From: Eledone cirrhosa
Lineage: Eukaryota
Direction: 5' to 3'
Assembly: GCA_964016885.1 (NCBI GenBank)
Contig: OZ024740.1
Coordinates: forward strand, 109,182,001 to 109,246,000
Length of the DNA: 64,000 nt
Position 1 is the stretch's first letter. Each line of letters starts with the position of its first letter. Positions 23,305-32,831 of the stretch are shown in pieces. A program made the position numbers and the translations under genes. The notes under the pieces were generated by a model. It saw nothing but the letters and a program-made list of their open reading frames with translations, did not search any database and was not told the DNA's origin.

Positions 23305-26300
23305 TTACAGATATATACTCAGAGTCGGCCCATTCACTCGGGCCATTCTTGCTTCTCTCACCCATCTTTCAACAAAATGCTGGGAAGAGAGCACTTCCTT
23401 CTCTACTCTGATTTTCCTTTTCAAATGAAATTTGAAAAAGTCAATCAGAGCATCACCGAAGAGGTAAGTGCTCGTCTTCAGCCCTTTCAAACGTGTCCAC
23501 CATACTATCTCTTTCGCCATGGCCACCAGACAGATAAAAACTGCCTGCCCTTCCCGGCTAAAGGAGGAGGGCGGGGCAATCCTCACGATAGACTCAGATG
23601 ATAGCTGGATCCGTCCTAAACGCGACAGCAGGTGTTCGACATAAACCCACAAGTCAGCAATTTTCGGACACTGGACGAGTGCGTGCAGGACGGTTTCGTC
23701 GACCTGCGCGCATCTCGGACATGCCCGGCTGACGGCACCTCCATGCCTGTAGAGTTTATCCCGAACTGGCAAGGCTCCTCGGTAGCACTGCCAGGCCAGA
23801 GATTTCTGGAAGTTGTCCATAGGCCCTGGCCCGAAAGTTCTTCCGAAGAGATTGGCTAGTTGATTTTCGTCGACGCCTAGAGTTTCCCCAAGTACGTCGT
23901 CGCTCTTCCCCTCCACTAATCCTCTATAGAACGCCGAGGTGGAGTTTCCACCGATCACATTGCCCGATTGGTCGAGGGCTGTGAGCGCCTGAAGACATTC
24001 CAGTCTCCAGGCGCTCCCTCTCGGTCTTCGCTTGACCCAGGACTGCAGCTCCGTCAAGGAAACGAGCTGGGGAAAAACGCGTCTAGCAAACGGCGACCAC
24101 ACCTGATCACCGTCGAGGAAGAGGTGGAGATGTCGTAGCCTGAGCGCGTGCCTGCGCATCATCAGCCACGGCATGCCCAGCCCTCCACGTAGCGGGTGTT
24201 GACAACAGATGGACCGCCTGACCATCGGAGCACGTCCCTTCCACAAAAAGCGAAAGAGCAAACGCTCCAGCGCAGTCAGGCGAGGCTTAGGACAAGGTAC
24301 GACGGTTAGGCGGTAGCAGATGACAGACGCGATGTACGCGTTAGCCACCTCCGCTCGACCTTTCAGGGATAGCTTCCTCTCCGCCCATTTCTGGGTGAGA
24401 GAAGCCACCCTGCTCGTCACCTCGTCCCAGTTTTTGTCCGTCTGGAGGTCCGGACCGAACCAGACCCCTAGCAATTTAACCGGTCCGTCCGTCCAGCGCC
24501 CGACGACGCTGTTGGACGGCATGGACCTGCCTCTCCAGGTGCCGAGCTGCAGGCCCAGTGACTTTTCCTGGTTGATCATTGCTCCTGTCACCGCTTCGTA
24601 TTCTCTTAGTGTAGTGCCGATCGCCTCGATGTGTTTGGCGTTCGACACCACTACGGTGACATCGTCCGCATATGCTGACACGGATCTTCCGCATCCTAGT
24701 TCGCGCGGGACTCCCCTCAACGTCTCCAGTTTGTGCAGTAATGGCTCGAGAGTCAATACGTACAAGAGGGACGAGAGGGGACATCCTTGGCGGACCGAGC
24801 GCATGATGTTGAACGGTTCCGACAGGTGACCGTTCACTCTCACTACAGAGCAGATGTCGCTGTGCATGGCAGCGATCCAGCCTCTGAAGACGGGCCCAAA
24901 GCCAGCCGCCCTCAGGACTGCCGCTAGGTAACGATGGTCGACCCTATCGAAAGCTTTCGACTGATCTAAATTGATCAAGGACCCACCCGTGCCAGGTTCC
25001 CTAGCTACCCTCTCTACGATGTATCGCATGAGGTGGAGGTTGTCGTGGATGGATCTGTCGGGAATGGCGCATGTCTGCGCCTCTCCCACCAGACCACCAA
25101 CGACAAGCGCCAACCTCTTTGCTAGCACCTTGGCCAAAATCTTAAACTCTGTGTTTAGCAGAGTTATGGGCCGGAAATTGTCTATGTTATCCCCCTTGTT
25201 CGGATCCTTTCTCAGCAGTGCCACCGCTCCTCGGCTCACAGAACTGGGAATTCTCCCGTTCTGTTGCCAGTTGCAGTAGACGTCCGCCAAGAGGCCTCCG
25301 AACAAGTCTGGCATCTGTACGTAAAGTTCATAGGGCAGACCATCCAAACCAGGCGATTTACCCCTTGTGCAGCCAGTCATTGCCTCCCGTACTTCAGCGG
25401 CTGTTATCGGCTTTTCGCAACACTTCGCCTCAGTGGCCGAGAGCCGCGGCAGTCCGTTGAGGTAGACACTAAAGTCCATCCCTCTACCCGGCCCCCCGCT
25501 GCCCCCGAACAGCTGAGCGAAGTGTCGCTGAAAAGCTTCACACATTTGCCCGGGATCGAGTAGCATGCGCCCGTCGTGGTCCACCAAAGACCGGATCGTG
25601 GCTTTGTTGCCACGACGCGCCTCCGCCACTCGGGCCCATTGAACGGCTTTCGTCCCCTCGTGTCTGAGAGCACGCACCCTAGCTCTGACAACGCAGCCTT
25701 CGTGCTTTGCATTGAAGAATTGGTCAAGGGCCAATTTCGCCGCAAGCACGTCGGTCGCAATGCCTTTGCTAAGCGCCTCGTCTAATTTTCTAACTAGTTC
25801 TCCCTCTGCTCTATTTTTCTCTATTGCTAAAGCCTTACTAAACCTAATCGATTCTATTCTAATCGCTCTTTTCAGAGCAAACCACCACTTGTTGTTGACG
25901 ATGGCCCCCGTCAACGCCCGCTTAACTAGTTCGCTAATCCGGTCTCTGTAGGCCTTGCGCGCTGGTAAGGACGCGTTTAGCTTCCAGTAGCCGGGTCCTC
26001 GTCTATGAAGCCTATCTAAGTCAAGCACACAGGTCACGAATTTGTGGTCCGTGTAGCTGACTATCTTGAATTGTGGACAGCCTATGCTAGACCTATCTAT
26101 TTCCCTACAAAATACTCTATCTAGATATGATCTGGATGACCCTATGCGGTTTGTCCAAGTCCACATTGGCACATTCGGGAAATCCAATCGGTACCTGTCA
26201 GACAGTTCAAAACGCCTGAGCAGGTTGGTGAGGCTCTTGCACCCTCCACCCCTATCCGCTAATCCCACACAGTCCCAGCGTGCATCTAAGATCCCGTTCC

Positions 26301-26724
26301 AGTCGCCCACTAACACTAAAGAGCGGGACGTTCCAAGAAAGGTCTCCAGACGCCGGAAGAAATCAGGCCGCCCTGCTCCTGTCGGGGCATAGACGGCCAC
26401 TAGCCTGAAAGCTTGCCCGTCTCCGCTGGTCACGTCCAGCACCACCAGCTTACCCTCTGGGTCCAGGAAGATGGCCCGTATGGCGAGATCCAAACCTCTC
26501 CGAAAAAGCACAGCAACTCCTCCACCCGATCCAGGACGGCTGGGAGATGCGTACACATCGTAGCCGCCGAAGATCGGTGCGAAGGCCCGTGCTTCGGAGA
26601 TTCTGGTCTCGCTGATGGCCACTACATCTATGTTTAGTGACCTGAGGTCGTTGAGCAGGTGACCCTGCTTCCATGACGACCCCAAGCCACGCGCATTTAT
26701 GCTGCCTATTCTGAGTGAGGTCAT
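23305..26724 (-). CDS. Tx1/L1 ORF2: APE endonuclease, reverse transcriptase, C-terminal CCHC (1139 aa)
   Basis: SINARGL, SET, GDWN, SYLDRVF, TDH (APE); DQSKAFDRV, QGCPLS, YADD (RT); CPRC..ETVLHALVQC. Confidence 0.96.
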   Translation of the reverse strand: MTSLRIGSINARGLGSSWKQGHLLNDLRSLNIDVVAISETRISEARAFAPIFGGYDVYASPSRPGSGGGVAVLFRRGLDLAIRAIFLDPEGKLVVLDVTSGDGQAFRLVAVYAPTGAGRPDFFRRLETFLGTSRSLVLVGDWNGILDARWDCVGLADRGGGCKSLTNLLRRFELSDRYRLDFPNVPMWTWTNRIGSSRSYLDRVFCREIDRSSIGCPQFKIVSYTDHKFVTCVLDLDRLHRRGPGYWKLNASLPARKAYRDRISELVKRALTGAIVNNKWWFALKRAIRIESIRFSKALAIEKNRAEGELVRKLDEALSKGIATDVLAAKLALDQFFNAKHEGCVVRARVRALRHEGTKAVQWARVAEARRGNKATIRSLVDHDGRMLLDPGQMCEAFQRHFAQLFGGSGGPGRGMDFSVYLNGLPRLSATEAKCCEKPITAAEVREAMTGCTRGKSPGLDGLPYELYVQMPDLFGGLLADVYCNWQQNGRIPSSVSRGAVALLRKDPNKGDNIDNFRPITLLNTEFKILAKVLAKRLALVVGGLVGEAQTCAIPDRSIHDNLHLMRYIVERVAREPGTGGSLINLDQSKAFDRVDHRYLAAVLRAAGFGPVFRGWIAAMHSDICSVVRVNGHLSEPFNIMRSVRQGCPLSSLLYVLTLEPLLHKLETLRGVPRELGCGRSVSAYADDVTVVVSNAKHIEAIGTTLREYEAVTGAMINQEKSLGLQLGTWRGRSMPSNSVVGRWTDGPVKLLGVWFGPDLQTDKNWDEVTSRVASLTQKWAERKLSLKGRAEVANAYIASVICYRLTVVPCPKPRLTALERLLFRFLWKGRAPMVRRSICCQHPLRGGLGMPWLMMRRHALRLRHLHLFLDGDQVWSPFARRVFPQLVSLTELQSWVKRRPRGSAWRLECLQALTALDQSGNVIGGNSTSAFYRGLVEGKSDDVLGETLGVDENQLANLFGRTFGPGPMDNFQKSLAWQCYRGALPVRDKLYRHGGAVSRACPRCAQVDETVLHALVQCPKIADLWVYVEHLLSRLGRIQLSSESIVRIAPPSSFSREGQAVFICLVAMAKEIVWWTRLKGLKTSTYLFGDALIDFFKFHLKRKIRVEKEVLSSQHFVERWVREARMARVNGPTLSIYL

Positions 26725-26759
26725 GTTTAAAATAGAGTGGAAAAGATGGGAAAGACCAC

Positions 26760-28838
26760 TTACCGTACTTTTGGTAGAGGAGGGATGGTTTTTACATCCC
26801 TTTTCACTTGATCGTCTGGTGAAGGGACCGTTGAATCGTCCCTTCGGCTGGTCGTCGGCTCTTCTAAGAGAATGTCTGAGTATACTCTTCGATTGATGGT
26901 TCCTCCTAGGTCCCTGAAATCACCAACTGCGTTGGGGAATTTCGTTTTAATATTTGTGTATTGTTTCTGTGCTATTTTTAGCAGTCTTATGTTAGTTGGC
27001 GTTTTGATTGGTGCTGGTATTATGTAGTCCTGTTGTGAAATGTCTGTGTGTTCAATTATGTAAGTCATTAGTTTCTTGTTGTGTGTATTTATTGCCGTGC
27101 ATTTGTTTTTCTGGGGGTGGGGGTGGGGGGGGGGGGGGGTTCTGCTATTTTCTTGTCGTTGTTGCTGGGTGTGTGTGTTTTGTTGTTGTGTTTGCGTTGT
27201 TGGTGCTTGTGGTGGTGGTGTTGAAGGTGTTGTTGGCGGTGGGGTTGTCGCCGGTGGTGATGGTGGCGCTAGTGTGGGTGGTGATGGTGTTGGTGTTGTT
27301 GCTGCTGTGGGTCTCTTTGCAGTAGACTTTACCCTTTTCTCATTTCTTTCCTCCCTTTTCAAAGGCGACGATGCGCTGCTTCTGCGTTTGTGCCTTCTTA
27401 CGACCTTTTGCCATCTCTCTCCCACCTCACACTCCATGTCTGATTCTGTGAGGTCGGGGAGGGGTACCAACTCCACTCTTTCACTTGTTGTTGTTGGTGA
27501 TGTTTGCACTGGAGTCTCTGTTGCAGCTGCATTTGGTATTGCTGTTGTTGTTGTTAGTATTTCCACTGCTGCTGCTGTTTTTGATTTCCGTGGAGTGGGT
27601 ATGGGTGCCACGGGCCTATCGTTCCTGGTTGCCGCTTGTCCTGTTGCTGGTAGCCGTGGAGCCGGATTCGGAAGGAGGGGGGTTTTCTCCTTTCTCAGGG
27701 TCTTCTCGTTGCAGAAGGCCCTGAGGTGGGTCTTCGATCCACAGCGAAAGCATTTCGGGCGTTTGCCCTCAACACTTATGGGCAGTTGAGTGCCGTTATC
27801 GAAGTCTATCACATCCGGGATAGCTTCGATGCACTCCTGGTTGGTTTGGATTAGCATCTCAATGGAGGAGCCGACCCAATCTTCTCTTACTTTTTTCTGT
27901 ACTTGCAGTACAGTTGTTTTGTCCTCGATTCCGACGAGGACAGACGCGGCCAGCCAAGAAGGGGTCATTCCGGGGGGGACGTGGGTCAGTTTGACCCTCA
28001 CAATTTTTTGCCCGCAGTAGGAGGCCACCAACACCATTTCCTCGCTCCTTAGGGTCACTACTGATTGGGCTTTTGCCTCCTGGGGTGTGGCAAAAAGTAC
28101 GTCTACGGTGGCATATTTTTTGCCTCGGGTGATGTGCGTTTTCCGCTGCCACACAGACCCCAAGGCTTTTTGTATTTGGGCCTCTGTGGCTCTTTCCACC
28201 CTACGGGATTTTGTACTTACTGTACGGTACGTGACCGTACAGTGCTCTTGGGTTTCGAAAAATTTTTCCGCTGCCTTGCAGATTGCTCGGTGTCCGTTCT
28301 TTGTCACCATCTTCTTCGCTTCCTCTAATTCCTCATTTGTTATGAGGATTGTTTCCAAGTTTTTCGCAATACCTGCAAATGAGATTGGTTTTTCTCTGCT
28401 GTTGTTGTTGCCGTCAGAGCTGTTGGTACTTTTGTTGTTGCTGCAGGTACTACGACTACTGCCTCCGCCGCTGTTGCTGTGGTTGTTGTTGGTGTTGCTG
28501 GTGATGCTGTTGCGGCTGCTACTGTTGTTTTCATTGTCACTGTTGCTGTTGTTATTACGGCTGCTACTGCTATTATTCCTGACGTCAGACGAATGAACTG
28601 GGTTTTCGTATTTCCCGCACACCTGTTTCGTCGCTGTCGTCGTCGTCGTGGAGAAACCTTGCACGCTTTGCACGAGACTTTTCTTTTCTTTCGTCGCTTG
28701 CGAAAGAGAAGGGAGGGAGAGAGACACATTTAAAGAAGGGAGGGAGAGAGACAATCTTCTCTCTGCTGTAGTGATGATTGAGGAAGAAGAAGACGGAATG
28801 AGTGGGAGTGACGTATGAAATTTCTTTTTCGTAGCCAT
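26760..28838 (-). CDS. Tx1/L1 ORF1 (gag-like, single CCHC knuckle, low-complexity N/S- and P/T-rich regions)
   Basis: First ATG at 28838 in AACATGG context; CFRCGSKTHLRAFC (CX2CX4HX4C); ends 35 nt before the ORF2 ATG. Confidence 0.88.
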   Translation of the reverse strand: MATKKKFHTSLPLIPSSSSSIITTAERRLSLSLPSLNVSLSLPSLSQATKEKKSLVQSVQGFSTTTTTATKQVCGKYENPVHSSDVRNNSSSSRNNNSNSDNENNSSSRNSITSNTNNNHSNSGGGSSRSTCSNNKSTNSSDGNNNSREKPISFAGIAKNLETILITNEELEEAKKMVTKNGHRAICKAAEKFFETQEHCTVTYRTVSTKSRRVERATEAQIQKALGSVWQRKTHITRGKKYATVDVLFATPQEAKAQSVVTLRSEEMVLVASYCGQKIVRVKLTHVPPGMTPSWLAASVLVGIEDKTTVLQVQKKVREDWVGSSIEMLIQTNQECIEAIPDVIDFDNGTQLPISVEGKRPKCFRCGSKTHLRAFCNEKTLRKEKTPLLPNPAPRLPATGQAATRNDRPVAPIPTPRKSKTAAAVEILTTTTAIPNAAATETPVQTSPTTTSERVELVPLPDLTESDMECEVGERWQKVVRRHKRRSSASSPLKREERNEKRVKSTAKRPTAATTPTPSPPTLAPPSPPATTPPPTTPSTPPPQAPTTQTQQQNTHTQQQRQENSRTPPPPHPHPQKNKCTAINTHNKKLMTYIIEHTDISQQDYIIPAPIKTPTNIRLLKIAQKQYTNIKTKFPNAVGDFRDLGGTINRRVYSDILLEEPTTSRRDDSTVPSPDDQVKRDVKTIPPLPKVR

Positions 28839-29054
28839 GTTGTTTTTTTGTATAAAATGAAATTTTGGGTACAAAACCCCAATAACTGGTTATTTAACCC
28901 CGAAGGGCCAAATAACGTACAGAAAGACCCCTCTCACGAGGAGGAGGGTGTCTTTATCAACAATTTGGTTCAAGTTTTAAACAATTTACAATTGTTTTAA
29001 CGGTTAAAAATTACTATACCTTACAGAGCCGAGCCTCCGTCAACCATGGCATTC

Positions 29055-29101
<47 letters not shown>

Positions 29102-29376
29102 GGGAATAATAATGATTTCTTTATTAACCACAAGGGTTTACATAAAGTAGACATTAAGGACAGTGCAGGACAATGCAGGACGGTACAAATGGGCATTTCT
29201 GCGTGTAAAAAAAACAAAAACAGAGGATGTAACAAAAATAACAATGAAAATAACAATGAAAAATTCCCCAATAGGGGGGAGACTTCGGAGGGACATTTGT
29301 GGAGAAAGCCCAGTAAAAAGCCACAATGACCCTGACCACCAAGGCAAGTGCCCTCTCCCAGTTTTCCACCTTTAGT

Positions 29377-32300
29377 TTACAGATATATACTCAGAGTCGG
29401 CCCATTCACTCGGGCCATTCTTGCTTCTCTCACCCATCTTTCAACAAAATGCTGGGAAGAGAGCACTTCCTTCTCTACTCTGATTTTCCTTTTCAAATGA
29501 AATTTGAAAAAGTCAATCAGAGCATCACCGAAGAGGTAAGTGCTCGTCTTCAGCCCTTTCAAACGTGTCCACCATACTATCTCTTTCGCCATGGCCACCA
29601 GACAGATAAAAACTGCCTGCCCTTCCCGGCTAAAGGAGGAGGGCGGGGCAATCCTCACGATAGACTCAGATGATAACTGGATCCGTCCTAAACGCGACAG
29701 CAGGTGTTCGACATAAACCCACAAGTCAGCAATTTTCGGACACTGGACGAGTGCGTGCAGGACGGTTTCGTCGCCCTGCGCGCATCTCGGACATGCCCGG
29801 CTGACGGCACCTCCATGCCTGTAGAGTTTATCCCGAACTGGCAAGGCTCCTCGGTAGCACTGCCAGGCCAGAGATTTCTGGAAGTTGTCCATAGGCCCTG
29901 GCCCGAAAGTTCTTCCGAAGAGATTGGCTAGTTGATTTTCGTCGACGCCTAGAGTTTCCCCAAGTACGTCGTCGCTCTTCCCCTCCACTAATCCTCTATA
30001 GAACGCCGAGGTGGAGTTTCCACCGATCACATTGCCCGATTGGTCGAGGGCTGTGAGCGCCTGAAGACATTCCAGTCTCCAGGCGCTCCCTCTCGGTCTT
30101 CGCTTGACCCAGGACTGCAGCTCCGTCAAGGAAACGAGCTGGGGAAAAACGCGTCTAGCAAACGGCGACCACACCTGATCACCGTCGAGGAAGAGGTGGA
30201 GATGTCGTAGCCTGAGCGCGTGCCTGCGCATCATCAGCCACGGCATGCCCAGCCCTCCACGTAGCGGGTGTTGACAACAGATGGACCGCCTGACCATCGG
30301 AGCACGTCCCTTCCACAAAAAGCGAAAGAGCAAACGCTCCAGCGCAGTCAGGCGAGGCTTAGGACAAGGTACGACGGTTAGGCGGTAGCAGATGACAGAC
30401 GCGATGTACGCGTTAGCCACCTCCGCTCGACCTTTCAGGGATAGCTTCCTCTCCGCCCATTTCTGGGTGAGAGAAGCCACCCTGCTCGTCACCTCGTCCC
30501 AGTTTTTGTCCGTCTGGAGGTCCGGACCGAACCAGACCCCTAGCAATTTAACCGGTCCGTCCGTCCAGCGCCCGACGACGCTGTTGGACGGCATGGACCT
30601 GCCTCTCCAGGTGCCGAGCTGCAGGCCCACTGACTTTTCCTGGTTGATCATTGCTCCTGTCACCGCTTCGTATTCTCTTAGTGTAGTGCCGATCGCCTCG
30701 ATGTGTTTGGCGTTCGACACCACTACGGTGACATCGTCCGCATATGCTGACACGGATCTTCCGCATCCTAGTTCGCGCGGGACTCCCCTCAACGTCTCCA
30801 GTTTGTGCAGTAATGGCTCGAGAGTCAATACGTACAAGAGGGACGAGAGGGGACATCCTTGGCGGACCGAGCGCATGATGTTGAACGGTTCCGACAGGTG
30901 ACCGTTCACTCTCACCACAGAGCAGATGTCGCTGTGCATGGCAGCGATCCAGCCTCTGAAGACGGGCCCAAAGCCAGCCGCCCTCAGGACTGCCGCTAGG
31001 TAACGATGGTCGACCCTATCGAAAGCTTTCGACTGATCTAAATTGATCAAGGACCCACCCGTGCCAGGTTCCCTAGCTACCCTCTCTACGATGTATCGCA
31101 TGAGGTGGAGGTTGTCGTGGATGGATCTGTCGGGAATGGCGCATGTCTGCGCCTCTCCCACCAGACCACCAACGATAAGCGCCAACCTCTTTGCTAGCAC
31201 CTTGGCCAAAATCTTAAACTCTGTGTTTAGCAGAGTTATGGGCCGGAAATTGTCTATGTTATCCCCCTTGTTCGGATCCTTTCTCAGCAGTGCCACCGCT
31301 CCTCGGCTCACAGAACTGGGAATTCTCCCGTTCTGTTGCCAGTTGCAGTAGACGTCCGCCAAGAGGCCTCCGAACAAGTCTGGCATCTGTACGTAAAGTT
31401 CATAGGGCAGACCATCCAAACCAGGCGATTTGCCCCTTGTGCAGCCAGTCATCGCCTCCCTTACTTCAGCGGCTGTTATCGGCTTTTCGCAACACTTCGC
31501 CTCAGTGGCCGAGAGCCGCGGCAGTCCGTCGAGGTAGACACTAAAGTCCATCCCTCTACCCGGCCCCCCGCTGCCCCCGAACAGCTGAGCGAAGTGTTGC
31601 TGAAAAGCTTCACACATTTGCCCGGGATCGAGTAGCATGCGCCCGTCGTGGTCCACCAAAGACCGGATCGTGGCTTTGTTGCCACGACGCGCCTCCGCCA
31701 CTCGGGCCCATTGAACGGCTTTCGTCCCCTCGTGTCTGAGAGCACGCACCCTAGCTCTGACAACGCAGCCTTCGTGCTTTGCATTGAAGAATTGGTCAAG
31801 GGCCAATTTCGCCGCAAGCACGTCGGTCGCAATGCCTTTGCTAAGCGCCTCGTCTAATTTTCTAACTAGTTCTCCCTCTGCTCTATTTTTCTCTATTGCT
31901 AAAGCCTTACTAAACCTAATCGATTCTATTCTAATCGCTCTTTTCAGAGCAAACCACCACTTGTTGTTGACGATGGCCCCCGTCAACGCCCGCTTAACTA
32001 GTTCGCTAATCCGGTCTCTGTAGGCCTTGCGCGCTGGTAAGGACGCGTTTAGCTTCCAGTAGCCGGGTCCTCGTCTATGAAGCCTATCTAAGTCAAGCAC
32101 ACAGATCACAAATTTGTGGTCCGTGTAGCTGACTATCTTGAATTGTGGACAGCCTATGCTAGACCTATCTATTTCCCTACAAAATACTCTATCTAGATAT
32201 GATCTGGATGACCCTATGCGGTTTGTCCAAGTCCACATTGGCACATTCGGGAAATCCAATCGGTACCTGTCAGACAGTTCAAAACGCCTGAGCAGGTTGG

Positions 32301-32796
32301 TGAGGCTCTTGCACCCTCCACCCCTATCCGCTAATCCCACACAGTCCCAGCGTGCATCTAAGATCCCGTTCCAGTCGCCCACTAACACTAAAGAGCGGGA
32401 CGTTCCAAGAAAGGTCTCCAGACGCCGGAAGAAATCAGGCCGCCCTGCTCCTGTCGGGGCATAGACGGCCACTAGCCTGAAAGCTTGCCCGTCTCCGCTG
32501 GTCACGTCCAGCACCACCAGCTTACCCTCTGGGTCCAGGAAGATGGCCCGTATGGCGAGATCCAAACCTCTCCGAAAAAGCACAGCAACTCCTCCACCGG
32601 ATCCAGGACGGCTGGGAGATGCGTACACATCGAAGCCGCCGAAGATCGGTGCGAAGGCCCGTGCTTCGGAGATTCTGGTCTCGCTGATGGCCACTACATC
32701 TATGTTTAGTGACCTGAGGTCGTTGAGCAGGTGACCCTGCTTCCATGACGACCCCAAGCCACGCGCATTTATGCTGCCTATTCTGAGTGAGGTCAT
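29377..32796 (-). CDS. Tx1/L1 ORF2 (APE-RT-CCHC, 1139 aa)
   Basis: Same motifs as 23305-26724, uninterrupted. Confidence 0.96.
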   Translation of the reverse strand: MTSLRIGSINARGLGSSWKQGHLLNDLRSLNIDVVAISETRISEARAFAPIFGGFDVYASPSRPGSGGGVAVLFRRGLDLAIRAIFLDPEGKLVVLDVTSGDGQAFRLVAVYAPTGAGRPDFFRRLETFLGTSRSLVLVGDWNGILDARWDCVGLADRGGGCKSLTNLLRRFELSDRYRLDFPNVPMWTWTNRIGSSRSYLDRVFCREIDRSSIGCPQFKIVSYTDHKFVICVLDLDRLHRRGPGYWKLNASLPARKAYRDRISELVKRALTGAIVNNKWWFALKRAIRIESIRFSKALAIEKNRAEGELVRKLDEALSKGIATDVLAAKLALDQFFNAKHEGCVVRARVRALRHEGTKAVQWARVAEARRGNKATIRSLVDHDGRMLLDPGQMCEAFQQHFAQLFGGSGGPGRGMDFSVYLDGLPRLSATEAKCCEKPITAAEVREAMTGCTRGKSPGLDGLPYELYVQMPDLFGGLLADVYCNWQQNGRIPSSVSRGAVALLRKDPNKGDNIDNFRPITLLNTEFKILAKVLAKRLALIVGGLVGEAQTCAIPDRSIHDNLHLMRYIVERVAREPGTGGSLINLDQSKAFDRVDHRYLAAVLRAAGFGPVFRGWIAAMHSDICSVVRVNGHLSEPFNIMRSVRQGCPLSSLLYVLTLEPLLHKLETLRGVPRELGCGRSVSAYADDVTVVVSNAKHIEAIGTTLREYEAVTGAMINQEKSVGLQLGTWRGRSMPSNSVVGRWTDGPVKLLGVWFGPDLQTDKNWDEVTSRVASLTQKWAERKLSLKGRAEVANAYIASVICYRLTVVPCPKPRLTALERLLFRFLWKGRAPMVRRSICCQHPLRGGLGMPWLMMRRHALRLRHLHLFLDGDQVWSPFARRVFPQLVSLTELQSWVKRRPRGSAWRLECLQALTALDQSGNVIGGNSTSAFYRGLVEGKSDDVLGETLGVDENQLANLFGRTFGPGPMDNFQKSLAWQCYRGALPVRDKLYRHGGAVSRACPRCAQGDETVLHALVQCPKIADLWVYVEHLLSRLGRIQLSSESIVRIAPPSSFSREGQAVFICLVAMAKEIVWWTRLKGLKTSTYLFGDALIDFFKFHLKRKIRVEKEVLSSQHFVERWVREARMARVNGPTLSIYL

Positions 32797-32831
32797 GTTT
32801 AAAATAGAGTGGAAAAGATGGGAAAGACCAC

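Larger units (their letters stand above)
23043..29054 (-). mobile_element. Full-length L1/Tx1-clade non-LTR retrotransposon, copy 1, both ORFs intact
   Basis: ORF1 + ORF2, 3' UTR ending AATAAAGAAATC then (ATT)n; (AAT)n arrays on both sides. Confidence 0.95.
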
